Below, one piece after another: positions 26,801 to 37,907 of a stretch of DNA of 64,000 bases. The position numbers and the translations under genes are program-made. Location of the stretch: the NCBI GenBank assembly GCA_034226945.1, contig CP120458.1, positions 1 through 64,000 on the forward strand, in the 5' to 3' direction. Positions within the stretch are counted from its first letter, which is position 1; the number at the start of each line of letters is the position of its first letter. Under the pieces are notes generated by a model that was not told the origin of the DNA, ran no database searches, and was given only the letters and a program-made list of their open reading frames with translations. This stretch comes from Picochlorum sp. SENEW3. Lineage: Eukaryota.

Positions 26801-28647
26801 CCTTGATGCTTGCGTCGGAGAGAGGACATGGGGATATTGTCCGTGCATTGATCAGAGCAGATGCTGATGTGCATCTGCAGAATGGCCGCAACTCAACTGC
26901 GCTGATGCTTGCTTCAGCCAGGGGAAATCTTGAGATTGTTGATGCACTGATTGGGGCTAATGCTGATTTGAATCTGCAGAATGATGAAGGAAATACGGCA
27001 TTGATGCTTGCCTCTGAAAGCGGAACCGCTTTTGCTGTCCGTGCATTGATCAGAGCAGATGCTGATGTGCATCTGCAGAATGGCCGCAACTCAACTGCGC
27101 TGATGCTTGCTTCAGCCAGGGGAAATCTTGAGATTGTTGATGCACTGATTGGGGCTAATGCTGATTTGAATGTGCAGAATGATCAAGGAAAGACGGGCTT
27201 GATGCTTGCGTCGGAGAGAGGACATGGGGATATTGTCCGTGCATTGATCAGAGCAGATGCTGATGTGCATCTGCAGAATGGCCGCAACTCAACTGCGCTG
27301 ATGCTTGCTTCAGCCAGGGGAAATCTCGAGATTGTTGATGCACTGATTGGGGCTAATGCTGATTTGAATCTGCAGAATGATGAAGGAAAGACAGCCTTGA
27401 TGCTTGGGTCGGAGAGAGGAGATGGGGATATTGTCCGTGCATTGATTATGGCTAATGCTGATGTGAATCTGCAGAATGACCGCAACTCAACCGCGCTAAT
27501 GCTTGCTTCAGTCAGGGGAAATCTTGAGATTGTTAATGCACTGATTGGGGCTAATGCTGATTTGAATCTGCAGAATGATGAAGGAAAGACAGCCTTGATG
27601 CTTGCGTCGGAGAGAGGAGATGGGGATATTGTCCGTGCATTGATCAGAGCAGATGCTGATGTTCATCTGCAGAATGATGAAGGAAAGACAGCCTTGATGC
27701 TTGCGTCGGAGAGAGGACATGGGGATATTGTCCGTGCATTGATCAGAGCAGATGCTGATGTGAATGTGCAGAATGATGAAGGAAAGACGGCCTTGATGCT
27801 TGCATCAGCCAGGGGAAATATTGATATTGTTACATCATTGATTCAGGCTGGTGCAAATGCCAATGCTACTGACAAAAAACTCTCTACAGGGCTCATGTAT
27901 GCCTGTCTGGATAAGAATATTGAACATGGGTACAGTACTATTACTGGAGATACTGAAGCAGGACCTCGTCGTATCCAGAGGGTCCAAATTTTGCTTGACA
28001 ATGGTGCGAAGGTAAACATCAAAAATAAAAAGGGGCAGACTGCCTTGATGATTGCTTCTGAAAAGGGAAATGTTGCAATCGTGACTGCACTGATTATGAG
28101 AGGGGCAAAGGTGAACTTGAAGAATGATGAGGGAAATACGGCATTGATGTTTGCTTCTAAAAGAGGGAGAGTATACACTATTAATATATTGTTAAACGCA
28201 GGAGCGGATGTGAATTTGAAGAATGATGAAGGAGCAACTGCATTGATGCTTGCTTCTCTTCATGGTAGTGCTCTCACTGTCAATGCTTTGCTTCGTGCAG
28301 GGGCTTGTGTTAATGCCAAGATTGAGGGGCGTGGAACACAATTTTCGACATGCACTGCCTTGATGCATGCTTGTAAAAGGGGTGATAGTCAAGTAATCAG
28401 AGAGTTAGTTGGAGCAGGTGCCCATGTGACGACAAAGAACAACCACAAAACTACTGTTTTGATGATAGCTTCTCAATATTCTAATGCAGATGCTGTCACT
28501 TGCTTGATTGAGGCAGATGCCTGTGCTTCAGATGACATTAATGTGAGGAATGATCGAGGTAATACTGCCCTAATGCTAGCTAATAAGAGGAGGAAAAAAG
28601 ATATAGTCGAGGTCTTGAAAAATAATGGGGCTTGGGTCTGCCACTAG
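23878..28647 (+). CDS. Large intronless ankyrin-repeat protein (~1590 aa, roughly 40 repeats)
   Basis: Uninterrupted ORF of 33-aa G.TALMLAS..G...IV.ALI.A.ADVN repeats; first ATG at 23878. No catalytic domain recognised. Confidence 0.95.
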   Translation: MSSISDSHRSNIMWSGTRNWDSEESPQFGEVLNFLAGNGCPIDATNSDGNTALILASGCGNYNNESSPAIASELADIIGLNTLSDASPDENDDNRDVLIALMRASISEDNDLVNITLIGVLDGDLNLKNDQEKTALMLACERRRGRIVRALIRAGVDLNLQNDEGKTALMLACESENIFVVRALIRADADVNLQNNQGNTALMLASGSQNFLVLRALIRANADVHLQNDQGKTALMLASERGHGDIVCALIRADADVNLQNGRNSTALMLASARGNLEIVDALIGANADLNLQNDEGETALMLASERGDGDIVRTLIRADADVNVQNDQGKTALMLASERGHGGIVCALIRADADVHLQNNQGNTALMLASESGTAFAVRALIRADADVNVQNDQGKTALMLASERGHGGIVCALISADADVHLQNNQGNTALMLASESGTAFAVRALIRADADVHLQNGRNSTALMLASARGNLEIVDALIGANADLNLQNDEGNTALMLASESGTAFAVRALIRADADVHLQNGRNSTALMLATARGNLEIVDALIGANADLNLQNDEGKTALMLASERGDGDIVRALIRADADVNLQNDRNSTALMLASVRGNLEIVDALIMANADVNLQNGRNSTALMLASARGNLEIVNALIGANADLNLQNEGKTALMLASERGDGDIVRALIRADADVHLQNNQGNTALMLASLMPRVHGDIVRALIGTDADVNLQNDQGNTALMIASARENLEIVVALIAANADVNLRNDQGNTALMFASERGHGDIVRALIRADASVNLANEQGDIALVFAFQHANLAVAYALLEAAAHLNVLNIELYTALIDVNLRNNRGNTILMQASERGHKDIAHALIRADADVNLQNDRNSTALMLASARGNLEIVDALIGANADLNLQNDEGNTALMLASESGTAFAVRALIRADADVHLQNGRNSTALMLASARGNLEIVDALIGANADLNLQNDEGETALMLASERGHGDIVRALIRADADVHLQNGRNSTALMLASARGNLEIVDALIGANADLNLQNDEGNTALMLASESGTAFAVRALIRADADVHLQNGRNSTALMLASARGNLEIVDALIGANADLNVQNDQGKTGLMLASERGHGDIVRALIRADADVHLQNGRNSTALMLASARGNLEIVDALIGANADLNLQNDEGKTALMLGSERGDGDIVRALIMANADVNLQNDRNSTALMLASVRGNLEIVNALIGANADLNLQNDEGKTALMLASERGDGDIVRALIRADADVHLQNDEGKTALMLASERGHGDIVRALIRADADVNVQNDEGKTALMLASARGNIDIVTSLIQAGANANATDKKLSTGLMYACLDKNIEHGYSTITGDTEAGPRRIQRVQILLDNGAKVNIKNKKGQTALMIASEKGNVAIVTALIMRGAKVNLKNDEGNTALMFASKRGRVYTINILLNAGADVNLKNDEGATALMLASLHGSALTVNALLRAGACVNAKIEGRGTQFSTCTALMHACKRGDSQVIRELVGAGAHVTTKNNHKTTVLMIASQYSNADAVTCLIEADACASDDINVRNDRGNTALMLANKRRKKDIVEVLKNNGAWVCH

Positions 28648-28956
28648 TATTTAGGGCAGGTCAACAATTCAAGGATTAACGAATTTTTGCTAGATCATAT
28701 GTGCTAATGAACTCATCTTGAAGTTTTGGCTCTGTACATTTGTCACGCCCTATACAATCGGTTGGAAGGATACGATGCCCTCACAATCGATTGATATTGA
28801 CTTGCAAGTCAATTGATATCAAGTTAACATGTGATGATCACAACTGCTGGTTGGATTTCTTTCTCAGCCCTTCGCCCATGAGATCCCTGCTGCAGCGGTC
28901 TACATTTGTGCTAGATTTCCCAGTCCGAGCATTTTCAAGACCTTCTCTCAATGCAC

Positions 28957-29430
28957 CTGTGTGAGCATGGTTTTGTGTATGCATCCTTCATCATCAAACA
29001 AGCAGAAGGGAGGAAAGAACCATTTGCATTCATGACACAATATCTCAGAAAAGCCCCGGAATACGTCATTTACGACAATGCATGCAACTTGCAGGACTAT
29101 TGCTTGAGCAGGGCACCATTGTTCTTCATGCACACCAAATTCTTCGTGGATGGCTTCCATTGGAGGAACCACAAAGCATGCAGTCTTGGATATATGATTA
29201 ATGGGTACGAAGACAAGTGGTTACAGGCGTTAAACACGCAAGTTGCAGAGCAGAACAACTCATCCTTGAAGAACCTGAAGGCCATGATGAGCAGAATGTC
29301 ACAGAAATCGTTCATGACGCTCCTGAAGTCATTCATGTGTCATTGGAGTTACCACAAGCTAAAACGAATGAATACCAAGCAGAAAAGAAAGCAGAGGAGG
29401 AACGGTTGGCCGTCCTCAGGTGCTATGTGA
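28957..29430 (+). pseudogene. KDZ-type transposase C-terminus (copy 1, 5'-truncated)
   Basis: CEHG.VYASFII..AEGR.EPF, YDNACNL, VDGFHW.NH..CS and NTQVAEQ.N motifs; closely similar to 34061-34523. Confidence 0.88.
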
Positions 29431-30684
29431 AGGTTCTGGCTGGCAGGACAAAGCATCAGTTCTGTCAACAGACCACTCTTGGCCTCCATCCCCTGACACG
29501 GCCTCGCCCTGGCCTTCAACAACCTCCTCACCACAGCAATAGCGTCGATAGAACTTGTCAAGCATCGACTGCAGGAGGAGGAGCCTTGCTGTGGTCTGCT
29601 GCTGCCTGCAGTTGTGCTGGGCAAACTTGGTAAGGACGTGCTCAACATCTGCATACGGAATGAAACAGAATTCCTGGTTCGGCTTATTCCTCATGATTAT
29701 TTTTTTTGATGTAAGTTCATCGACGGCCACATCTGTGAGTTTCGATACCAGTACTGCCTTTGGCAACACAAACTTGTTTGTCTTCTGTGTATGGTTCCCA
29801 AAAGTCTTCACAGCCGGGTCACCAAACGCTTTCCTCAGACACCGTTGCAGATCGTATTGCAGTACACAGAATCCATTCGAGATTCGACGTCCATATTTGT
29901 CCATCACTGCGTGTTCTCACACCTTGATGTTGAAGAGATGGATGGTTTGGTCCACTGTGGCCCTGTCCCCATCACGTTGCTGCAACATGAACTCTAACCC
30001 TTTCGTGCTGACAGCATTAGCTTGCTCTGTCCCCGCTACTGACGTCCCGTAGAAACTGCATATCTCAATGTGGTGGAGCAAGCTCCCCGATGCTTCGTCC
30101 ATGGCTGGCTCGTCCACTCCAACTGCAGGGGTGTGGTCAACCGCTTCTGCCTCCTCTGCAACAAAGGATCCAAGGATGCACTGTTGCAGGTACCGGGTCT
30201 TCTCTTGCCATGCATCGATTGCATGTTGCGATGTGATGACCAAGGGCGAAGCCAGCTCGACCACCTTTTGGGCATGGGCCCTGTTCCTGGACAACTCACC
30301 CTCTAGCTGTGCTACTTGAGCCTGCAGGGAGGCACACCTTGACCTCTCTTCTTCGTGCATTCCCTCCATCTTTCTGCTCTTCTCATACCACACCTTGACG
30401 TCACTATACAGGGCAGTGATGAGCTCCGGAAACCCTTCAGGAAGGCTATTTTTAGCCAAAATTTGGCCATTTTCCAGTCTTGGGTACTTCCTGGGAAGCT
30501 CCTCTTCCCGAGGTTTGAAAAATTTTCTCGGCGGTGCCGCCTTGTTTGCGCGACATGTATCATTATTATTATTCACTATATCTACATCGATTTCTTGGGT
30601 ATGATTCGAATACGCGCGATCGGTGCCGCCGATCTCACGCGCAGGCACATCGTCCGCACTCGCATTCGGGGCAAAAGTTGGCAT
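29416..30684 (-). pseudogene. KDZ partner gene copy 1 (one in-frame TGA at 29917-29919)
   Basis: ORFs 29917-30684 and 29416-29907 are in the same frame; homologous to 34583-35800 (YPRLENG/YPLLEKG, DKYGRRISNG/DKHKRRISPG, KAVLVSKL/KAVLISKL, PNQEF/PNQEY). Confidence 0.88.
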
Positions 30685-31275
30685 GAAATCCCTTGTTTTT
30701 CGCCTCTTTGTGGCTCAAAATCCCTGCAACTTTGATACTTTATATATGAAAAGCGGCAGTATTGCGCGAATTGCACACAAAAGCGCAATATGCTTGAGAA
30801 ACAAGGACAATCGCACGTGCGTTTGAGCACTATTCAAACTGTCCTGGCATTGTCAGCCAAACGATTTAACATGTATTCAAACATACACTGTTGCAATATC
30901 ATGTACAACAAATATATATACACTACATACTATCACTTCCTTTTTTCTATGTTTTTATTCCACAGGCCGGCCGTGATAACCGTAGGGACGGCCCCCTTTG
31001 AAGGGGACCAAATCCGGCCAAGTCAAAAAAATTGAATGCACCCCAAACCTTCGCTCCGGCAATTCCAATTCATATATTATGTTTAAATAAGTCATTTTGG
31101 CGGCAGTCATGGGTCGGTCAACCCGTGGCCGAGTCAACCTTGGCACATTTCCCGAGATGGTTGAGTTTGAGAGGGGCCGAAAACGTAGCCAGAGGTGGGT
31201 ATGGTGGTTCTCCCCCGTGTTGAATGGAATTAAATTCAAATTTCAGCGGCATTCTGTCGGAGTACAGCCCGAATC

Positions 31276-34200
31276 ATGCGCTGTAGAGGCGGAACTCGAT
31301 GTTGTGTTTCAACCTGGGCTGACTTTTGCACCATGTTTTTGGCTCTGTGCAGCGAATTGGAGGCTATTCAGAGCGACATGCTCGCCATATGTGATCATAT
31401 AGGCGATTTGGTGGGTAGTTTTGGAGCCACATCGGCGTTCATGGCGTGGATTGGGCCTGACTTGTCCCTGCATATGGTGAGGACTGGCAACATTCATGCC
31501 TCTGAAAACAGTGACTTCTGGCCCATGTTGACTGAATCGTTCAGGTCTGAATGCAACAAGGTATCTGGTATGAGCACCTGCGTGCTGAATGCGAGGTTGG
31601 TTCGCCTTCTATTGTTCCAGGGGTGCAGTCCTAATGCTGCTGTGGTCAAGGCCGGATGGAACAGCAAGAAGACGTGTATACAGAAGAGGATGGAGCGAGT
31701 GAGGGGACTAACAGAGTCTCCTGTATACATCTCAGTGTCTGGAAAGTATGGCTTCACGTGGAAGCATCCCCAAGGCTCCACAGAGCTCGACAGGCTGGAT
31801 GACTTTTTCCACCACCACTCCATGGGGATGAAGTTCAGGGCCATGAGCGGCTTGCCAGGACCCGTTTCCCCGCAGATCAAGCGACGCAAAGCCCCTGAGA
31901 ATCGAAGAGCCCCTAACTATTCGAGGAAACGATTGAAGACGTGGGATGGGGAGCCTTTGTTGAGGCCAGGATCTCTGGAGTGGTATGAAGACCAGTTGAG
32001 GAATCCTCTGGTTGTTCCTGTGCAGCCCTTGTGCAGGCACGAGCGTGCACCCGGCTGTCATTCACTATCTTGGGCATGTGTGGACTCCAGAGCATACGGT
32101 AGGCTTGGGGAGACCTTGCATCACGGGCTGCTAGTCAAGGTTACTTGCCCAGACAGCAGGGGGGTGGACCTGGAATGCACCTGTGACACTTTTACAGCTG
32201 GCACGCGAGAGAACGGTGACTGTGTGCATGTACAATATATTTCCAAGGACCTAGAGACCTTCAAAAAGTGTAGGTTTGGGAGAGCGTGCGATGTGTTTCA
32301 AATCCAGTTGAAGAACAAAGAATGTGTGGGGTACTACCATGACAATGCCTTTGTCAAGCTAGACACAGTAGGCTGGCGATGCAGCCTGTGTCGAGACTGT
32401 CGCAGATGTAGACATGTGCGTACGATGAACGGAGTGGACCAAGAGAGCGCTGTCGCGCTCTTGGAGAACCAGGGCATGGCAGAGCCTGACCTTGTTCCAT
32501 CCCCACCTCCAGGCACATTGGACTGGTACCTGGAAACTCAGCCTGAGGAGGAGCAGATTACCACGCCGCTGCGTGAAGATATTAGGGAGTCTATACAAAG
32601 GATTCATCACGCCGGACTCGCGGCGTGGACGCATCCCAAGCCAGGTGGCAGGCATTTTCCTGCCCTCACAGGTGAGGCCACCAAAGCCCAGGAACCTCTG
32701 CCATTGCCAGCAGGAGTACGATGAGGTCACGGGCCTCCAACTCGACTATCAATCTGTTCGAGTATTTTTGAATCCTTCAAGATATGACTGCATCCACGAA
32801 AGGCCCGTGTATCGATGGGTGTGCCCAAATAGGAAGCCTGAATGCACTGTTCCCTACACTGGGGTGCATGATGGTCTCTGGAGAGTGTCTTCCACGATGG
32901 TGGTGGAGCTGCAGATGATGTATGATGCCTATAACTCTGCCCTGCTGTTGGGTGCGCAGTCGTTGGAGAGTCAGTGCGATGAGCGCAGGAAGTACCATGG
33001 GAGTTTTGTGTTTGACAGTGAGGGGTGCCCCAGACTGGATGAATCTGTTCAGCCATTCATGGATGCCACCATGTTTCGAAACGCTGCGATACAATTCGGG
33101 AAGAGAACATCCTGGAAGATGGTATGGAGGACTGGACACGAAGAGCGGGCCCTTGATAACCCCATGATGTGCCCATGCTGCATGGACTCCCCCAGGGTGC
33201 TGATCATGGATGGGACGTCCATGAGCATCCGGTCCAAGGGATGCTTCGCTCAAAGCATCACCAAATCAGATGATACTGGAAAAGAGGTCCCCAAAAGGTG
33301 GGGAAAGAGACAGAGGGCGTTCGTGAATGTGGTGGCAGGAGTGAGGACAAAGCAACACAGGGCAGAGCCGGTGAGATTGCTGGATCAGTTCCAAAAGTGG
33401 ATCCGAAGCCTCGGAGAGCCTTCAACAGAGTCCCCAATGTTTACCAAGAGATCTAGACTACTTGAATTGGGTAGGGCATGGAGCTTGGACTCATTCCTGA
33501 AGTGGGCACACACCAATGCAAGAGCATGGTCCGCTCAACCGAAACGGTTGGCCCTGGCAGACTTCGTGCGCTGCCTCGCGAGCGAATCCCCGGTGGTGTC
33601 GTATATCTCAATGAAGACTGTATCCCATATAAAAGAATGGGCAGAGGATGGCTCGCGGATCTCGAGTGGGGTGATGCAGGACATGATGAAACACTCCCCA
33701 TACCTGTGCAAATTGCTACAGACAGTGAGCCACTCACAGGGGCACGTCCGAGTTCCCCCCGAGTGGAAACCCCTGCTGACGGAATTGTTTACGAGAATAG
33801 AGCATGTCACTACATTTTCTAGCGGGTATAGCCTGGAGAGGGAGCTTGGGAGTGGTGTGGAGGAGGACCAGGAGAACCAGGTGCCTGTACTGGATGGGTC
33901 ATACCTGCAAACGGGCATACTGACTGGCCTTCCTCGCCTTCGGCGAAAACCACAGTACTCGGCCGACAAAAGTAGAGAGGATGAGAAGAAAGAGGGGTCG
34001 GATAAGTGCGATCATGCGTTCTACAAGCCAGGTGACAGAACAGGAGGGGTGTTCACCATCCTGTGTGAGCATGGGTTTGTATATGCCTCGTTCATCATCA
34101 AAGAAGCAGAGGGGAGGAACGAACCGTTTACATTCATGACATGTTATCTTGAAAAAGGCTCCAGAGTACGTGATCTACGACAATGCATGCAATTTGCAGG

Positions 34201-34523
34201 ACTATTGCTTGAGCAGAGCTCCCCTGTTCTTCATGCACACCAAATTCTTCGTGGATGCGTTCCATTGGGTCAACCATAAGGCGTGCAGCCTTGGATATAG
34301 CATCAAATCGCACGAAGACTCGTGGCTCAAGCTCATCAACACCCAAGTAGCTGAGCAGAACAATGCAGCCCTGAAGAACCTCAAGTCCATGATGTCCAGG
34401 ATGTCTCAGAAGTCGTTCATGACGCTCCTCAAGTCGTTCATGTGCTATTGGAACTTTCGAAAACTAGAAAAGCTGAATGCAGAGGAGGAGAGGAGGCGGA
34501 GACGGAACGGGCTCCATTCCTGA
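31276..34523 (+). CDS. KDZ (Kyakuja-Dileera-Zisupton)-type transposase with SWIM-like and Cys clusters; two frameshifts; true start uncertain
   Basis: CTC..F...DCVH and CSLC...RCRH fingers; CPCC.DSP.VLIMDGT; CDH.F.K.G.RTGG; CEHG; EGR; YDNAC; VDAFHW.NH; EQ.N. Spread over ORFs 31276-32724, 32492-34279 and 34149-34523. Confidence 0.85.
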
Positions 34524-34582
34524 GGGCAAGGATGCTGCCCAGTGCATGAGCTCATGGGGGGTTGCCATGCTGGCCTGCTCTC

Positions 34583-35800
34583 TCATGCCCCCGAGGAGCA
34601 AGAGCCCGCTTTCTCGACAACATAATGCCCACGAGGATATTCAATCTGGTTTGCTTGCCCCGCTCTCGTGAGATCGCGGAAGAGGTGCAGGAGACGGTCC
34701 AGCCTCTCCCTGGTACTCTTCCCTGCACAGTGCTTCTCTCGAAATGCCTCCACCACCATGCTCGCATCAACCAAGGGCACAAAGCTGTATTCCTGATTTG
34801 GACGGCCTTCGTCAGATACAATGCCTTTGCTTCGAAGTGTTTGTATGACCTCTGGGAGCAGTTTGGAGATCAGGACGGCTTTGCTCACAGAAAATTTGCA
34901 CTGGGATGTCTTTGTGAAATTCCCAAAGTTAGAGATCTTCTTATTGACCGTGCTCTGTAATAATTCACTCAATTCATGCTGCAAAACGTAATACCCAGGA
35001 GAAATCCGCCGCTTGTGCTTATCCAAGAGATGTTGCCCCCCTGTCTGTACACAGTATACATGGATCACATGCTCAAACACTCTCTGTTCGCCATCTAGTG
35101 CTCTTTCGAAGCCGCTCGGCGTTCCTTCGATCCAAAGGCTGTCGTACATTGATTCCGAATCCCCTTCGATGGCTTGGGATGGAAGGGGCTCCCTTGCTGG
35201 AGGGTTGAGGGCAGGGTCTGCCCCTTCGCTTGCAGCCTCCAACTCCCCATGCCCACCATACTCTCTCAGTATGTTCATGTACCCTGCTATCTGCGATTGC
35301 GCATCTTGGCACTTACTCACCATGTTGGTAAAGTCTCTCAAGAATGGAGCAGAGTCTTGAACAACCGTGTCGACTAGCTCCCTCATGTTGCTCAACTTGC
35401 CTTGCAACTCGCTCACTGTCCCCTCCAGCTCACCCACCTTGGTGCCCAAAACTGCACATTCATCCCGTGCATTGGAGGCTTCCCGACGCCAGTGGGTGTA
35501 ATCTACGTAGAGAGACATGATAAGACCATGCACCTGGTCATCGACCTTTACTCTGGAGCTCAATTCCCCCTTTTCCAGCAATGGGTACCTTTGGGCAGGC
35601 TCCTCGAAGCGCTTTTTGAAAAGTTTGCCAACCGGTCCGCGCGGTTTGTTCGCCGCTTTGGATTTTTCTAATAAATTTGCATTGTTTTCGGCGATGTCAC
35701 TGTCATATCCGCTGCAATTCGCTGAAGAAATCTCGCCCTCCGGAAGGAGCCCATTTGAAACATCCAAGTCGTTTGCGGCTCGCTTGGTACGTCGAGGCAT
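34583..35800 (-). CDS. KDZ partner protein copy 2 (405 aa; coiled coil plus conserved C-terminal domain, function unknown)
   Basis: Intact ATG-started ORF; heptad-like segment LGTKVGELEGTVSELQGKLSNM; two paralogs in the window. Confidence 0.88.
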   Translation of the reverse strand: MPRRTKRAANDLDVSNGLLPEGEISSANCSGYDSDIAENNANLLEKSKAANKPRGPVGKLFKKRFEEPAQRYPLLEKGELSSRVKVDDQVHGLIMSLYVDYTHWRREASNARDECAVLGTKVGELEGTVSELQGKLSNMRELVDTVVQDSAPFLRDFTNMVSKCQDAQSQIAGYMNILREYGGHGELEAASEGADPALNPPAREPLPSQAIEGDSESMYDSLWIEGTPSGFERALDGEQRVFEHVIHVYCVQTGGQHLLDKHKRRISPGYYVLQHELSELLQSTVNKKISNFGNFTKTSQCKFSVSKAVLISKLLPEVIQTLRSKGIVSDEGRPNQEYSFVPLVDASMVVEAFREKHCAGKSTRERLDRLLHLFRDLTRAGQANQIEYPRGHYVVEKAGSCSSGA

Positions 35801-36095
35801 GTTGCGTCCTTAGTATTCTTTTATTGTATTTATAAATTACAACGGGATCCACCACGTCCAATTAGATCCACTACAGACCGAACCAAGTCGCATTCACTCA
35901 CAGGACATGCCCCGAGGCGACTTTACTCTTGCTATGCAATGAAGTCGATTTTACCGCCGCTCAAATTTAAGATTTTCGAATTTTACGTATGCTCGGTGCA
36001 ATAGCAAGAGCATATGATACACACAGACATATATATAAGCCCCCTAACTTTTCTTATTTTTATACAAGCAGGGTTCTCTTTTATTACATCATCTC

Positions 36096-37246
36096 CATCA
36101 CGACGACATCCTCGTCAAACCTCCCTTGTGATGCGAGATAAAAAAAGGCACGCTGAGAAAGGCCGAGCGGTGAGAGCTGGCCCATGGTCATCCTTTTTTA
36201 TTGTCCTCATTTACGGACGGACACGCCTGAGATTCCTCAGGCTGAGAAAAAGGTCGCCTTCATCAATGTCCCTGCTATATAAATGGACCATTTGGCACCT
36301 TCCATAGTTTCTTTGGATACATACATAGAACACTTGGTAGCGGCACCGCCGATGTGACCCTAAACAGAAAACGCACTCAGCCTGGCTGCTCGTCACGAGT
36401 GTGCCCGAGCGGTCTCATGGTCGTCCTTTTTTATTGTCCTCATTGACGGATCCGTCCGGACGAACACGCCTGAAAAAGAAAAAAGGCCGACGTTATCCCA
36501 CTGTCCCTGCTGTATACTGTATAAATGCACCATTTGGCACCTTCCATAGTTTCTTTGGATACATTCAACACTTGGTGGTAACACTGCAGATGTGACCCTA
36601 AACAGAAAACAACGCACTCAGCCACCTTCTTGCACACAAGGAATCATGTGGCCTCGGTGATCCCACACCCTTGCCACTCACCGGCAGTGCATAGCAGTAT
36701 TGGTTGTTGGTATTGGATGATTGGACAAATATAACATTATTAATGGCCATTTCAGTCGGTGCCGAGTCGAATGGATCTCACGAACCGACGTTGGTCCATT
36801 CCGATCGCGTCGCGACGGTTGGGACGAAGACGCCCAGAATATTCCTCCATGGACATGAAGGAGCATCATTCTTGATTTAAATTAGATATCAGTCGAAAGA
36901 GCCGATGACTGACCACCCCGGAGCACAAGAGGGTTACAACAACAGCCGTTCCACGGGAATGTCATGACAACACTCGCAACGGTGCCAACAGGCCACGAAC
37001 TCTTGTCCTAGTGGCTCCCACCCTCTATCTTATGTTAATATATAGTTCTCCCTCCAGCAATCAAAGTCACACGCGTTGCTTTGTTCAGAGGTTGTTGCGA
37101 ATTCTGTTGTGAACGTTGGTGAATGCGACGCGAACTCGCCTACTGCTGCTGGCAAGGGATGATGGGAAAGCTCTTTGCACCGCTAGTTCTTCTCATGAAG
37201 TCCATACGAGATGCCTAAAGTCGGCAAACCACGGGTAAAAGCTCTC
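36096..37246 (+). repeat. Partial unit X body with an internal ~230-bp duplication
   Basis: Aligns with 18150-19045. It breaks at ...aaaagctctca and joins inverted satellite A. Confidence 0.88.
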
Positions 37247-37257
37247 AGCCTTCCTGT

Positions 37258-37690
37258 CTGGGACATGTCCGAATTGGACACTTTGTGCAGAGCTGCAGGC
37301 TCATCATCCCATCAAAGACCCCATCCATCCCCTCCATAGGTATCGTATATGTCTCGAAATGCGGCGAGGATGCCAAGAAGGACCTCACAGGCACTGGATG
37401 ACACTCCGCCTTGGGACATGTGCGAATTGCACACTTTGTGCAAAGCTGCAGGCTCGCCATCGCGTGATAGACCCCATCCATCCCCTCCACAGGTATCGTA
37501 TATGTCTCGAAATGCGGTGAGGAGGACGAGAAGGACCTCATAGGACCTCACAGGCGCTGCAGGACACTCGACTCTTGGACGTGTGCGAATGGAAAAAACT
37601 TTGTGCAGAGCTGCAGCCTCGTCATCGCCCGCTGGACCCCGTCCGCTCCCTCCACAGGGACCGTATATATCTCGAAATGCGGCGAGGATG
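37258..37690 (-). repeat. ~3 diverged, inverted monomers of satellite A
   Basis: Reverse complement matches the array monomer, e.g. ccccatccatcccctccataggtatcgta. Confidence 0.93.
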
Positions 37691-37907
37691 GCGGGGAGGC
37701 GAAACCCCCCCCGGCCAGGTGGCGTTGGGGGGCCCCGACCACCGAAAATACCCTAAGGAGCTCTCGAGGGCCCATTGCCCTAATCGTCTGCCGCGTCCTC
37801 TGAAGTGGATCGAGAGGCCCGGTCGAAAGCCCGGTCGGACCGGAGGGGCGTGACCGCCTCGGCCAGGCCCCCGCGGCCCGCGTGCGAGATGCGACGGACC
37901 CACTCGG

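Larger units (their letters stand above)
30960..36078 (+). mobile_element. KDZ-type DNA transposon copy 2 (two genes)
   Basis: CCACAGG...GGGTTCTC flanked by TTTTATT (30953-30959 and 36079-36085); contains the transposase and the convergent partner. Confidence 0.72.

Noticed and set aside
24256..28392. Antisense ORFs over the ankyrin gene (likewise over pol and the transposases)
   Set aside because: Shadow frames of the real coding strand.
23160..28949. Ankyrin gene inside its own CCA...TCTC element
   Set aside because: Candidate ends exist but the flanks share no 7-8 bp duplication.
37690..37905. rRNA fragment or hammerhead ribozyme in the GC-rich segment
   Set aside because: No conserved rRNA motif recognised; CTGAAGTG...GAAA does not match the CUGANGA core.
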